Shown piece after piece: positions 1 to 13,685 of a stretch of 64,000 nt of DNA. Every line of letters begins with the position of its first letter. The stretch's first letter is position 1. The notes beneath the pieces were generated by a model, which worked only from the letters and a program-made list of their open reading frames with translations, was not told the DNA's origin and did not search any database. Source of the stretch: a virus; IMG/VR virus record IMGVR_UViG_3300050343_000150, positions 27,748-91,747 of that record, one strand, 5' to 3'. A program made the translations under genes and the position numbers.

Positions 1-3000
1 AGAGACTCTTCAGGAGCAGGAATTGTTGAAGAAATTACCCCAACTAATTTGTTAACTATGTTAGGTGTAGAAGCCAGTGCAGACGTAACAGACACGACGA
101 ATGTTAGGGCTGCTCTACATAATGCAAATTTAGGAACTTTTAGTCTTGGTGATACGAATGATAACATTAGTGTTGGCAATTTAACTATTGGTGGGAATCT
201 AACAATTTCAGGAAGTACAACCACAGTTAACTCAACTACTGTTAACATAGGAGATAGTATAATTACTCTTAACTCAGATGAAACTGGGACTCCTTCAGAA
301 GATGCTGGTATAGAAATAGAGAGAGGAAATCAAACTAACAAGACGTTATTTTGGGATGAGAGTGCTAGTAGATGGACAGTTGGGAATGAGACTTTTGTTG
401 CAGGAACTTTTATTGGAAATGTAACTGGCACAGTATCTTCCGCAGGTGTATTATCTACCGCTAGAAATTTTGCACTCACAGGTGATGTAACAGCATCTGC
501 TGTTTCCTTTAATGGGTCAGGTGATGTTTCACTTTCAACTTCACTTTCAGATGGTACAATTACAACTTCCAAAATAGCCAACAATGCTGTCACTGCTGCT
601 AAATTAACTGGCAATTCTGTTGTCAATGCTTCAATCGCAACTAATGCAGTTACCACTGCTAAAATAGCAGATGATGCTATTACTACGGCTAAAATAGCAG
701 ATGATGCTATTACCTCTGCCTTGATTGCTGATGATGCTATTGTGTCTGCACTAATAGCAGATGATACAATAACTAGTGCTTTAATAGCAGATGATGCTGT
801 TTTAAATTCACATTTAGCAGGAAGTATTTCTCAAAGTAAAATTACAGGATTAACTTCTGCGCTGTCGGGTAAACAATCAACCTTAGCATTTGGTAATGCT
901 TTAACTAACACTAGTGGAACTGTTAATGTTGATATCGATTCTCTAAGCATTGAGACTGGTATTGACTTGAGTAACGATTATCTGATGTATGATGATGCGA
1001 CAAATGGACTACGAAGAATTAATTTATCTACAATATTTAGTAAATTAAACGCATCCCATATACCTAATTTATCTGCTAGTAAGACAACTAGTGGTGTATT
1101 TAACATAAGTAGAATACCGGATATGTCTACTAGTAAAATAACTAGTGGAACATTTTCAACAGCAAGAATCGCAAACGATGCAGTTACTTTTGATAAAATA
1201 CAAAATATAGGAGATACTGTAATATTAGGTAGACAGACTAGTGGTTCAGGAAGTATAGAAGCGTTGAATGCTTCACAGGCTAGAGCAGTATTAGGGGTAG
1301 ATACAGCAGGAACAGATAATTCTACCAACGTTACTTTAGCAGGAACTAGAAACTATCTTACAATTAGTGGGCAAACAATTACTAGAAACGTTATAGATAT
1401 CGGGGATGATACTAATTTAGTTGCCGGTAGTCGCATTAGTTTAACCGGAGATACATTAAATGTAGATGGAGATTTGGCTAATTATGATAACAGTAACAGT
1501 GGATTCTTAACTGCCCATCCCACTATTAGTGGGGCAGCATCTTCTGTTAATAATGACGGTAGGACATATATACAAGATATTACATTAGATTCTAATGGAC
1601 ACATTACCGCAATAACATCTGCTACTGAAACAGTAACAGATACTCAATATAGTGTGGGGGATGGAGGTCTTACCGAAAATAATTTTACTGATACATTGAA
1701 AACTAAATTAGATTCAGTAGATAGTAATTCTAATTATTATACTCTACCCATTGCTACTTCTTCTGCATTGGGTGGTTTTAAGGTAGGTAGTAATTTATCA
1801 ATTAATTCTATCACCGGAGTTTTATCTGCCGATACCCAATCTGACGTTAATTTTACTTCTGCACTAAATACTAAATTATCAGGAATAGCAACTAACGCTA
1901 CTGTTGGTGCAAATTGGGCAACTAACGTTTCAAATATCTCAGTAACGAATAGCCAATTAGCAGGTAGTATAACAAATGCAAAGTTGGCTAATTCAACAAT
2001 TACACTGAATGGTAGTTCTATTGCCCTTGGTGGAACTGCTACTTTAACCACCTCAAATATAGCAGAAGATTCAAACTTATATTTTACTGATGAACGAGTA
2101 GATGATAGGGTTAATGCTTTACTAACTGAAGGAGAAGGAATCACTACTACATACAATGATGGTGGGGGAGCATTAACAATTTCAGCAGAAGACGCTACTT
2201 CTTCTAACAAGGGTATTGCTTCTTTTGCAAGTGCTGACTTTGATGTTAGTAGTGGAGCAGTTACCGTAAAATCAGGAGGAATAAGTAATACTCAACTTGC
2301 TGGCTCTATCGCTAATAGTAAGTTATTAGATATTGCCCAAAGTAAAGTAACTGGATTAACTTCTACATTAAATACTAAAGTAGAAACTCTTAGTGATTTG
2401 AGTATAACTGCTTCTGCCGCAGAGATAAATATACTAGATGGAGTAACGGGAGTATCTGCAACCGAAATAGGACACCTCGGTGGTGTTACTTCTGCAATTC
2501 AAACACAACTAAATGCAAAACAGGCTAGTGGTAATTATTTAACTACATCAGCATCACTAACTTCTTTAGCAGATGTTAATGAATTTGACCATGATTTTAG
2601 TAGTATAAGTGCTAACCATGATTCAGTACCATCAACTAAAGCCGTCAAAACATATGTTGATTTGATATCATTTGATGCAAATGATACACAATATGCTTTC
2701 TCTGTTGAAGACACCGCCGATGTAGGTACTAAGAAATTAAAACTGACAGGAACAGATGGCTCATTTACTTCGGTAAATTTTGAGGGGTCAGGAGCAATAT
2801 CTGTCACAAGAATCAATGAAAGATTATTAATTACATCTAACCAACAAGCAGTTAATGCTGCAAATTTTGCAAATAATACATTAACCTTGACGAAAACTGA
2901 TGGAAGTACATTGACTACCACAATTAATACTACGTCAACTGCTTCTGAAGTACGTGCATTAGTAGAGTCAGCATTAGATTCAAATGTATTTACTGATGCA

Positions 3001-5250
3001 GACCATACTAAATTAAATGGTATTTCTACTAGTGCAAATAACTATTCAATTTCATCAGATTTACTAGACGAAGATAATATGGTTTCTAATTCAGCAACTA
3101 AAGTTGCTAGTCAACAGTCAATAAAGGCTTATGTTGATACAGAAGTGGCGGGGGTCATTGCTTCTGCTCCTGCGGCATTAGACACACTTAATGAGTTAGC
3201 AGCCGCCTTAGGAGATGATGCTAATTATGCTACAACAACTTCAACTGCATTAGGTAACAGATTACGAGTTGATGTTAACAGTCAAGGACTTAATGCTACA
3301 CAACAAGCAAATGCTATAACAAATTTAGGCATTACACCTAGTTTAGCAGAAATAAATATTCTCGATGGAGGATTGTCTGCAAGTGATATACCAAATTTAG
3401 CCGCATCTAAAGTTACAAGTGGTACGTTTGCAACAGTAAGGATACCGTCACTTTCTGCTTCAAAGATTACTAGTGGTACGTTTGCAACTGCGAGAATTGC
3501 AGATGATGCGATTACAGTTGATAAGATAAATGGTCTTACCGATTTAGGTAGTGGGACAGTTATTAGTTCATCAGAACGGACTAAACTATCCGGAATTGAA
3601 ACGTCAGCAGATGTAACGGATGCAACTAATGTTGCGGCGGCAGGGGCTGTAATGGATGGAGACTTTAGTAGTAATGGATTCATGAAAAGAACAGGCGCAG
3701 GAAGTTACACTGTTGACACTAATACATATCTAACTGCTCATCCTAATATTTCAGCCGCTAGTAGTAGTAACAATTCAGGAAGAACATACATTCAAGATAT
3801 AACATTAGATTCTAACGGTCATGTAACAGGCATTGCAACTGCAACAGAAACAGTAACTAACAGTGATACTCAGTTAACCCAAGAACAAGTAGAAGACTAT
3901 GTGAATGGATTGATTGTTGCAGGTACAAATGTAACTAAAACATATGACGATGTAGCAGGGACTTTAACCATTGCTTCCACTGGAAAAACACAAGAAGAAA
4001 TTGAAGATATTGTATCAAGTTTAGTTGTTGCAGGAAGTAATATCACAAAAACATATGATGACTCAGCAGGAACTTTAACTATTTCCTCGACAGATACTAA
4101 TACTCAATTAACTCTTTTAGATGAAGATAATATGGCTACTAATAGTGCCACAGCAGCAGCATCACAACAATCTATCAAAGCCTACGTAGACACTGAAGTA
4201 GCAAGTTTAGTAGATTCTGCTCCGGCTACCTTGAATACATTAAACGAATTAGCAGCCTCTATTGGTGATGACGCTAACTTTTCTACTACAATTACAACTG
4301 CGTTGGGTAATAGAGTTAGAACAGATACTGCTAGTCAAGGGTTAAACTCCACTCAAAAATCAAATGCTAGAACTAATATTGGTGTTGATGTTGCCGGGAC
4401 AGATAACTCTACCAATGTAACTTTGGCTTCTGTTAGTAATAATTATTTAAGTATTTCAGGACAGGCTATTACTGCTGGAACTATACCTTTGACTCTAGGA
4501 GGTACAGGAGCAACATCTGCTTCTGCTGCTAGAAGTAATTTAGGGTTGGGGACAGCAGCAGTCTTAGCAGGTAATGGTGCAATCGCTAATGGTAATGCAG
4601 GTTTAGTTACAGGAGATGTGGTTTTTGATTATATAACATCACAAGGGTTTGGTTCGGGTAACGGAGACATTACTAGTGTAGTAGCAGGAACTGGACTTAG
4701 TGGAGGTGCAACAAGTGGAGATGCAACACTAAATGTAGATGCTGCTCAAACACAAATAACTAGTGTTGGTACTCTAAGTAATTTAACAGTTTCAGGAGAT
4801 GTTACTGTTGATAGTACGACGTTTAAGATAGATACTACAAACAACCGTGTCGGTATCGGAACATCAAGTCCCGGCTACAAATTACAAGTAGAAGGTTCAT
4901 TTGCTGCGCAAACTAAGTCTTTCGTTATCCCACATCCTACACAAGAAGGAAAGACATTACAACATGGTTCTCTTGAAGGGCCGGAACATGGGGTATATCA
5001 TAGAGGTAGAATAACTGGTAGTGATAACATGGGAGTGTCAATAGAACTCCCTGAGTATTGGGAAGAATTAGTTGATGAAGAAACAATTACAGTACAATTA
5101 ACTGCAAATGGTGAGTTTCAAATGTTATATGTAGAAAAGATAGAAGACAACCGCGTGTTCGTAGGCAATGCAGCAGACGAGGGCGTTGACTGTTTTTACA
5201 TAATACATGGTGAAAGAAAGGACGTTGGAAAGATGGAGGTTGAATACTAA
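1..5250 (+). CDS. Large modular tail fibre/adhesin protein 1 (5'-truncated by window edge)
   Basis: Frame is open from base 1 (RDSSGAGIVEE...). Thr/Ser/Ala/Gly-rich, with (I/V)TxAKIADDA repeats, 'LDTLNELAAALGDD' fibre knobs, and C-terminal TKSFVIPHP...LEGPEHGVYHRG...LPEYW domain typical of marine virus fibres. Confidence 0.8.
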   Translation, partial: RDSSGAGIVEEITPTNLLTMLGVEASADVTDTTNVRAALHNANLGTFSLGDTNDNISVGNLTIGGNLTISGSTTTVNSTTVNIGDSIITLNSDETGTPSEDAGIEIERGNQTNKTLFWDESASRWTVGNETFVAGTFIGNVTGTVSSAGVLSTARNFALTGDVTASAVSFNGSGDVSLSTSLSDGTITTSKIANNAVTAAKLTGNSVVNASIATNAVTTAKIADDAITTAKIADDAITSALIADDAIVSALIADDTITSALIADDAVLNSHLAGSISQSKITGLTSALSGKQSTLAFGNALTNTSGTVNVDIDSLSIETGIDLSNDYLMYDDATNGLRRINLSTIFSKLNASHIPNLSASKTTSGVFNISRIPDMSTSKITSGTFSTARIANDAVTFDKIQNIGDTVILGRQTSGSGSIEALNASQARAVLGVDTAGTDNSTNVTLAGTRNYLTISGQTITRNVIDIGDDTNLVAGSRISLTGDTLNVDGDLANYDNSNSGFLTAHPTISGAASSVNNDGRTYIQDITLDSNGHITAITSATETVTDTQYSVGDGGLTENNFTDTLKTKLDSVDSNSNYYTLPIATSSALGGFKVGSNLSINSITGVLSADTQSDVNFTSALNTKLSGIATNATVGANWATNVSNISVTNSQLAGSITNAKLANSTITLNGSSIALGGTATLTTSNIAEDSNLYFTDERVDDRVNALLTEGEGITTTYNDGGGALTISAEDATSSNKGIASFASADFDVSSGAVTVKSGGISNTQLAGSIANSKLLDIAQSKVTGLTSTLNTKVETLSDLSITASAAEINILDGVTGVSATEIGHLGGVTSAIQTQLNAKQASGNYLTTSASLTSLADVNEFDHDFSSISANHDSVPSTKAVKTYVDLISFDANDTQYAFSVEDTADVGTKKLKLTGTDGSFTSVNFEGSGAISVTRINERLLITSNQQAVNAANFANNTLTLTKTDGSTLTTTINTTSTASEVRALVESALDSNVFTDADHTKLNGISTSANNYSISSDLLDEDNMVSNSATKVASQQSIKAYVDTEVAGVIASAPAALDTLNELAAALGDDANYATTTSTALGNRLRVDVNSQGLNATQQANAITNLGITPSLAEINILDGGLSASDIPNLAASKVTSGTFATVRIPSLSASKITSGTFATARIADDAITVDKINGLTDLGSGTVISSSERTKLSGIETSADVTDATNVAAAGAVMDGDFSSNGFMKRTGAGSYTVDTNTYLTAHPNISAASSSNNSGRTYIQDITLDSNGHVTGIATATETVTNSDTQLTQEQVEDYVNGLIVAGTNVTKTYDDVAGTLTIASTGKTQEEIEDIVSSLVVAGSNITKTYDDSAGTLTISSTDTNTQLTLLDEDNMATNSATAAASQQSIKAYVDTEVASLVDSAPATLNTLNELAASIGDDANFSTTITTALGNRVRTDTASQGLNSTQKSNARTNIGVDVAGTDNSTNVTLASVSNNYLSISGQAITAGTIPLTLGGTGATSASAARSNLGLGTAAVLAGNGAIANGNAGLVTGDVVFDYITSQGFGSGNGDITSVVAGTGLSGGATSGDATLNVDAAQTQITSVGTLSNLTVSGDVTVDSTTFKIDTTNNRVGIGTSSPGYKLQVEGSFAAQTKSFVIPHPTQEGKTLQHGSLEGPEHGVYHRGRITGSDNMGVSIELPEYWEELVDEETITVQLTANGEFQMLYVEKIEDNRVFVGNAADEGVDCFYIIHGERKDVGKMEVEY

Positions 5251-8200
5251 TGGCTGATTCAGATAAAGATATTGTAATTACACCAAATACAGGGAACACC
5301 ACAAAACCAAAAATAGAATTTACTGGTGCAGATAATTCGGTTAAATATCTACAAGTTAACGATGATGGTAGTCTAACATTCAATGATACGATAACCGCAA
5401 CATCCGGTTCAGTTGCAAATGGGAATCAAAATTTAGTTACTGGAACTGCGGTGTTTGGTTATATTTCTGCGCGAAATTTTATATCAAACAATTCTAATAT
5501 AACAGTTGGTAATAATATAGGATTAGCAGGAGCATCAGGTAATAGTTTACGAATTACAACTGCACAAGCGGCCTCTAATGGTGCGATTTTATCATTCGTT
5601 GGAAGTGATAATAACAGTATAAGTAATCTGACAATACCATCGGGTGATGGAACAATATCAACTTCTGACACTCAACTTACCACTGAAGAAGTTCAAGATA
5701 TAGTTGCCGCTATGATAGTCGGCGGTACTAATATTTCCGCAGCATATAATGATTCAGGTGGACTTTTAACTCTTGCAGTAAATGGACATAGAACAGTTAC
5801 AGCAGGTGGTAACACATTAGGTGCAACAGAAACACTTGCCCTAACTGCTGGCTCTAATGTTACGATTAGTGAAAGTGGAGGAGCAGTTACTATTGCTTCA
5901 ACAGATACTAATACTGACACAAATACACAGAATGTTTTCACATCCTCATTTGTTGATTCATCTAATGATACTATACTCAGGTTAACTAAAAGTGGTGCAT
6001 CAAGTGGTACTCAGGACATTAAGTTTGTAGCAGGTTCTAATGTAACATTAACACCTAGTGGAACAAATTTAACTATTGCTTCTACTGATACTAATACACA
6101 ATTATCATTACTTGACGAAGATAACTTTGCATCAAACAGCGCAACTGCTGCTGCTAGTCAACAGTCAATTAAATCATATGTAGATACTTCAGTTTCTAAT
6201 TTGGTGGCATCTGCACCTTCTGCATTAGATACTTTAAATGAACTTGCAGCAGCCTTAGGAGACGACGCGAGTTTTTCCACAACAACTGCTACTTCTCTAG
6301 GTAATAGACTTAGAATAGATGTAAGTAATCAAGGATTAAATTCTACACAACAGAGTAATGCTTTAACTAATTTAGGAATTACAGCAACATTAGCAGAAAT
6401 AAACATATTAGATGACGGACTTGCAACAGGAGATATACCTGCATTAGCCACTTCTAAAATCACATCGGGAACATTTGCTGATGCTAGAATAGCACAATCG
6501 AATGTTACTCAACATCAATCGGCTTTATCTATAACTGAATCACAAATTAGTGATTTACAATTTAAATTATTACCTGAAGTTCTATTTAACGATACTAATT
6601 TTGGGTTCAGTTTACTAATACAAACAGGTACTACTAACGCTGCCCCAACAACAGGTACGCTAGATAATGCAACTTTCAATATAGGATTAGGAAGTAATGT
6701 ATTTTCTTCATTAACATCAGGAACAAGAAATGTTGCTGTTGGACATGAAGCGGGGAGAAATTTAACAACTTCTGCTAGAAATACATTACTTGGTGCAGAA
6801 GCAGGACATGATATTACTACTGGTGGTAACAATGTTGCAATAGGAGATTTAGCCGGAGATAAAATTACTACTGGAAGCCAAAATACGTTGATTGGTGCAG
6901 AAAGTGGAGGAAATATTACTACTACATCATACAGTATAGGTTTAGGTAATAAAGCATTACTAGGTTCAACTGGAACAGCAAATATAGGAATAGGTTATCA
7001 GAGCCTTAACCATACTTCTCATTCAGGTTCATACAATGTAGCAATAGGACATCAAGCCGCACATAATGCTACGGGGGCAAATGGTAACAACATCGGTATT
7101 GGTAAATCATCATTGTATAATGTTACAGGAGGTTATAATTATGCAATAGGTGACGAAAGCGGTCAAGGTATAACTTCAGGTAGTAGTAATATTGCAATAG
7201 GAAGTAAATCTTTAGGAGGCTCAGGTACAGTTGTTACAAATGCACATAATATCGCCATAGGTAATAATGCTCTAAAAACTGGAGGTACACTTTCCGGTGG
7301 GTTGAATACTGCATTTGGATATGCTACTGGAAGTTCCTTAACAACAGGTCAAGGAAATTTATTATTAGGATTTACAGCAGGGAACAATATTACTACTGGT
7401 AGTGAAAATATAGTAATCGGTGCAGCAGATGTACCTTCTGCTACTGGTAATCATCAATTGTCAATATCTGATAATGGTAATGGGTCAGTAGTATGGATTA
7501 CAGGTGATTCTTCGGGACACGTTTCTTTAGGAAACTATGAATTTAACGCTGACCAAACAGTAGGTTCAGGTCAAGACAATTACGTTTTAAGGTACGACCA
7601 CTCAACCGGACAAATCGGTTTGGAAGCAGCAGGTGCAGGTGGAGAAAACAATCAAAATGCTTTCAGTAATGTAGCAGTAAGTGGACAAACAACTGTCGCA
7701 GCAGATTCAGCAACTGATACTCTTACTCTAGCCGCAGGTGCTAATGTTACATTAACAACTAATGCATCTAATGATACAGTAACTATCGCAGCAACTGATA
7801 CTAACACCAATACTCAACTTTCAACAGAACAAGTACAAGATATTGTAGGTGGTATGCTTGTTGGAACAGAAACAAGAATTGGTGTAAGTTATGATGATAC
7901 TAACGGTAGAATTAACTTTGTTGTAGATGATATGACAACAGATACTAATACATTTAGAACAGTAACTGCTGGAGGCAATACACTTGGTTCAAGTGAAACT
8001 CTTGCATTTACAGCAGGAAGTAATGTAACAATAACTGAATCCGGTGGTTCAGTAACAATAGCCTCAACAGATACCAACACTAACACTACTTACTCAGCAG
8101 GTAGTGGTATTGCTCTAAGTGGAACTACATTTAGTGTTGCAGGAGGAACTGGTTTATCCCAAACTTCTAGTGGGTTGGCATTATCACACTTAGGTATAGA

Positions 8201-11200
8201 AAGTCTTTCTGACCCTAATGCTGATAGGATTCTAATTTGGGATGATTCAGCAGGGGCTATTGCATTTGCTACACCAAACAGTAACATTTCAATTGATGGT
8301 ACAAATATTAACACTACTAACACACAACTTTCTACTGAGCAGGTGCAGGATATAGTAGGTGCAATGTTAGTAGGTACTGAAACTAGAATTGGTGTAACCT
8401 ATGATGATACAAACGGCAGGATTAATTTCGTAGTAGATGACATGACGGCAAACACCCAATTGACGTTGCTTGACCAAGACAATATGAGTTCGAACAGTGC
8501 TACCGCCGCAGCAAGTCAACAATCTATTAAGGCATATGTTGATGCAGAGATAGCAGGACTTGTTGATTCGTCTCCTAGTGCATTAAATACCCTAAACGAA
8601 TTAGCGGCGGCTCTTGGAGATGATGCTTCATTTTCAACTACTACGGCTACTTCTTTAGGAAATAGATTGAGAGTAGATGTAAATAACCAAGGTTTAAACT
8701 CAACTCAACAAGGAAATGCACTAACAAATCTAGGAATAACTGCCTCACTTGCTGAGATTAATATTCTAGATGGTGGATTAGCAGCATCTAACATTACTGA
8801 AATATCTAATTTGACAGCAGCAGAAGGAGAGCAATTAGAAAATATTGGTAGCACAACAATCTCCGCAACACAATGGGGTTATCTCGGTGGTTTAACTGCG
8901 GCAAAAGTAATAGATTGGTCGGTATCACAAACATTTGATGATATTCATCCAAATAATCAACACTCAGCAGGTACTAACCTCACATTAAGCGGTACTACTC
9001 TTAATGTTGATGATGCTTTCTTAGTCAATAATGCTAACGATACTACAACGGGTACTATTACTGCGGCTGGTTTTACAACAGCAGGGATAGTTGATGGTGT
9101 TAATTTCAAAATAAATGGCGGTCAAGGTTCTGACGGTCAAGTTCTAACTTCAACTGGTTCAGGAGTTGCTTGGGAAGATGCCGCAAGTGGTGGTGATTCA
9201 AATGCAGGTGGTGTTAATGGTTCAGCAGGTGCGCCTACATTTTCATTTGCTTCTGATACTAATACAGGAATGTATAGATTAACAGGTGATACTTTAGCAT
9301 TCTCAGTTGGTGGTTCTAATGCTATGTATATGCAACCATCTAAGGTTGAAGCGAATAAAAGATTTGAAATTATTGCAGGTTCTAATTCTGCTCCGGGTTT
9401 GTCATTAGCAGGTGATGATAATACAGGAATATACCGATATGCAGAAAATCAAATAGGATTCACAACAGACGGAACGGCTCAACTATTGATTAAAGATGGT
9501 GCAATAGAACCTGTTACTGATAATGATATAGATTTAGGAACATCCTCTCTAAAGTTCAAAAACTCATACTTTGGGTTAGTAGATGCTGAAAACTTCAAAG
9601 TAAATGGAGGGCAAGGTAATGACGGCCAAATCCTAACTTCAACAGGTAGTGGTGTTGCATGGGAAAATGCCGCAGTTGGTGGTATAGCAAGTTTAGCCGC
9701 AGATGACACGCCACAGTTAGGTGGAGATTTAGATGTTAATGGAAATAGTATTGTTTCAACTTCAAACACTGCAATAAATATTACACCAAATGGAACAGGA
9801 GATATACAACTTAATGCTGATACTATTAGAGTAGGAGATTCTAATGCAGATGTTACAATTGCACCTAATATTAGCAGTACAACTGCTAAACTTCAATTTC
9901 AATCAGATGGAGATACATTACTTAGAACAGCAAGTGGTACAGGAAATATGTATCTTAATGCTAATTCATTAATGTCAATGCAAGCAACAACTTTTAGATT
10001 TGGTACTAGCGGGGGTAATCCAACATTAACTACATTAGGAACAAGTGATTTAACTCTTAATACAAATAGCGGAACAAACTCCGGTTCTATTGTAATTGCA
10101 GATGGTGCTAATAGTGATATTAGTATTACGCCAAATGGAACAGGTCAAGTAAACTTAGGTAACTTTCAATTTGATGTAGACCAAACAGTAGGTTCAGGCC
10201 AAGATAATTATGTATTAACTTACGACCATGCTAATACACAAATTAGTTTAGAAGCAGCAGGTGGTGGTGGTGCTTCTGATATTGGCGCACTAGATGATGT
10301 ATTGATGGATGCTACTAATTTCACTAATTCACTTTTAATTCAAACCAACAGCGATACATCCGCACCTACAACGGGTACACTAAGTAGTGCTAATGAAAAT
10401 ATAGGAATAGGTAGAGATGTATTCAAGGTCTTAACAAGTGGTTCACAAAACGTATCAATGGGGAGTTACACATTAGATGCAGTTACAACAGGTAGTAACA
10501 ATACCATCATCGGTCATAATGCGGGAACTAGAATTGAAGATGACTCAGAAAATACATACATCGGTCAGGGTGCAGGTGCTAATTCAATAGGCAGTTTCAA
10601 CGTAGCATTAGGTTCAAGTACGATGACAGGTAGCAGTTCAACACTTCATACTGGTAGTCATAACGTAGCACTAGGTCGTGGCGCGATGACTAAAGTTCAA
10701 GGAGATGCGGCAGGTAACGTAGCTGTATAACACAACAACAGGTGGTTACAACATTGGTATAGGTCAAAATGCTTTAGAAAGAAATACTACTGAAGGTAAT
10801 CAGATTGCCATTGGTTCATCCGCTATGGGTGGTGCATATAATCAAGCGGCGACAGGTGCATACAATCTTGCTATTGGGAATCAAGCCTTGAGATATGGCG
10901 CACAGGACAATGGAAACTTTAACATTGGAATAGGCTATAAAGCACTTTATGGCTCTAATGGTAATAGTAGTGCTGCTAATTATAATATAGCAATCGGTTA
11001 TGAAGCGTTAGAGGCAAATACAACCGGAGATAGTAACGTAGCAGTAGGAACACAAGCGTTAGAAGCAAACACAACAGGTACAAGAAATCTCGCAATAGGT
11101 TATCGTGCCTTAGATGCCGCAGATACAGAAAACGATAACATAGCAATAGGTTATGATGCTTTAGGTGGTTCAGTAGCAGGTGCAGAATACACAGTAGCAA

Positions 11201-13271
11201 TTGGGAATTACACGCTTGATGCTTTAACATCGGGAGATAACAACACAGCAGTAGGTTATAATTCTGCAACAGCATTAATCGAAGGAAATCATAACACGGC
11301 AATAGGTTCTTACTCTTACTTTAGAGCAACAGATGGAACATATAATTGTGTTATAGGACAAAACTCAGGTGGAGGTTTAAGGTCGGGTAGTTATAACATA
11401 GTAACAGGCTTTAATACAATGGTCAAATAAATAATGACGGAGACTACAACGTAGCAATAGGCACACACTCTATGAATGCCGCAACAGGTAATGACGTTAA
11501 TTATAACACAGCAATAGGCACAAGTTCATTACAAAGTATTACATCAGGCGCGAAGAACATAGCATTAGGACAAACTGCCGGAAATAATATCACTAGCGGA
11601 GATTTTAACGTAGTAATTGGTGCGGCTGATGTAGCAAGTGCAACAGGTGATAGTCAGTTATCAATAAGTTCTGGTGATGGTGGTGTTACTTGGATAACAG
11701 GTGCTTCAACAGGTGCAGTAGATATTCCCGGTTCTTTAACAGTAGCGGGTTCAGCAGTTGGTGGTGCTTCTGACCTCAATGGTTTAACGGATGTAATTAG
11801 TAATATTACTAACTTTACAGACAGTATGCTAATTTCTACTGATAATGCTGCACCTCCACATGGCACACTAAGTAGTGCCAATGACAATTTAGGGATAGGT
11901 AAAGATGCACTTAGAACATTAACAAGCGGTACAAAAAACGTAGTTATTGGTAACTATGCTGGAGATGCTTTGACAACTAGTAGGGAAGTTGTGTTGATTG
12001 GATATAATGCAGGTTCGTCAATAACAGGAAGTAAACACGATTCAGTAGTAATTGGTTCTAATGCGCTGTGTGAAGCAGCAGACCCAAGTAACACAGTAGC
12101 AATAGGACAAAGTGCAGGTCAATATGCTGAGGGCATTCAAAATGTAATGGTTGGAGTAAGTGCAGGTAAATACTGGCAAAATACCGGCCTTAATTCTCAA
12201 AAGAATGTATTTATTGGTAGTAGTGCTGGAAATAGAGGAACAGTTAATGGTGAACAAACATGGGTTACTGTTGTTGGCGCAGATGCCGGTAGTAGAACAG
12301 CGATAGGGTCTTTTTCAACAATTATAGGTGGTGGTTCAGGGCTATGGTCTCCCGGACAAAGTAATACATTTCTTGGTCAGTATGCAGGTCAAGGAAATGC
12401 TAACGTAACTACATCCTCTAACAATAATATAGCAATTGGTAAACAGGCCTTGTATGGTCATCAAATGACATCTTCAGGTAATAACGTAGCAATTGGGCCT
12501 TCAACGTTGTATAATACTACAACAGGTTCTTTGAATATTGCTCTTGGTAATAGTGCCTTAAATGATGTAACATCAGGCGGCAACAACATAGGTATAGGAT
12601 TCGGTGCGGGGGATTTAATAACAACTGCTGATAAAAACATTACAATTGGTTATGATGCTGGAAATAATATTACAACAGGTTCTAACAACGTAGTTATTGG
12701 TGGTGCTGATGCGCCTTCTGCAACAGGTAATGACCAATTAGTTATCGCATCCGGTGATGGTTCACCTACATGGTTAACAGGTAATTCGTCAGGAGTTGTT
12801 GACTTTCCCAATGGAACAACAGGTACAGGTTCTTTCTACATTACAGCAGAAGAAAGTAATTGGCAATTAAATGTAGGTGAGTCAAATGGTTTCCATTGGT
12901 CTTTTGGTAACGGTGCTGATATAGGAGATGCACCTTCTAGTAACGCAAAGAACGAAGGTATTGCACTACCTGTTGATTGTACACTAAAGTTCTTACATTT
13001 AAACTGTGCAAATGACGGTAATGAAACCGCAGGTAACAGTGCAACTGTTCAGATATACAAAGCAACTTCGGCCACTGCTACTCAATCGGCAGTTGCTAAT
13101 ACTGGAATAACTGCTACTGTTGCGACAAATGGACACGGTGTATCTGCTACTGGTGATTATGACGTTGATTTTAACAAGGGAGACATTATTCTTTTCCGTT
13201 CAACTACGGCTAATCAGTCAGGTATATATGTCGGAAGAGGAACAATATCAGCATATTTCGTAGAGAGGTGA
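5250..13271 (+). CDS. Giant tail fibre/adhesin protein 2 with YadA-like (NxAIG) beta-roll repeat blocks; split into ORFs 5250-10730, 10825-11430 and 11472-13271 by probable sequencing frameshifts
   Basis: The same NxAIGxxAL repeat register continues across both breaks (e.g. TATAACACAACAACAGGT = YNTTTG right at 10725). Shares knob modules with fibre 1. Confidence 0.75.
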
Positions 13272-13275
13272 TTAG

Positions 13276-13536
13276 ATGGTGGAAGAAACAGACATGGATT
13301 TAATGTGGGCAAAAATGAGAAGAGTGAGAAATGCACTGCTGTTGCAGTCGGATAAATATGTATTGCCTGATTTATGGGAAGGATATACAGTTGCACAAAG
13401 AGGTGAAGTTAGAAGATATAGAATGGAACTTCGAGATTGGCCTGAAAATATTGATACTCCATTTAGTCTAGGAACTAAACTACCTGCTAAGCCTTCTTTT
13501 GTAAAAGATGTAGGAACGTACAACCTTAGAAGATAA
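13276..13536 (+). CDS. Tail fibre assembly chaperone
   Basis: R-x-x-RNxLLxxSD...YRxxLRDxP signature, directly after fibre gene. Confidence 0.8.
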   Translation: MVEETDMDLMWAKMRRVRNALLLQSDKYVLPDLWEGYTVAQRGEVRRYRMELRDWPENIDTPFSLGTKLPAKPSFVKDVGTYNLRR

Positions 13537-13539
13537 AAG

Positions 13540-13685
13540 ATGTAAATAACTTTGACAACAGATTTTGAAAACTTTCTAAAATTTTCAAAAAAAAGGGCGC
13601 GAGTCAGATGATGACTTGAACAAACCATTTTAATATTCCAATTGATATTAATACCAATCCGAATCCTAAAATTAATTTATCGAAA
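13540..13685. terminator. Convergence region with oligo-T/A tracts; putative archaeal-type terminators
   Basis: Non-coding gap between convergent + and - gene blocks; A8 tract near 13587-13594 reads as T8 on - strand. Confidence 0.35.

Noticed and set aside
10728-11472. Stop-codon reassignment explaining the fibre gene breaks
   Set aside because: The continuations are in different frames, and all three stop codons end intact genes elsewhere
330-12257. Numerous minus-strand ORFs inside the fibre genes, and other antisense ORFs in the track
   Set aside because: Shadow frames of codon-biased genes; no motifs or ribosome-binding sites
1-13536. Diversity-generating retroelement acting on the fibres
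   Set aside because: No reverse transcriptase seen; repeat copies differ at all bases rather than only at adenines
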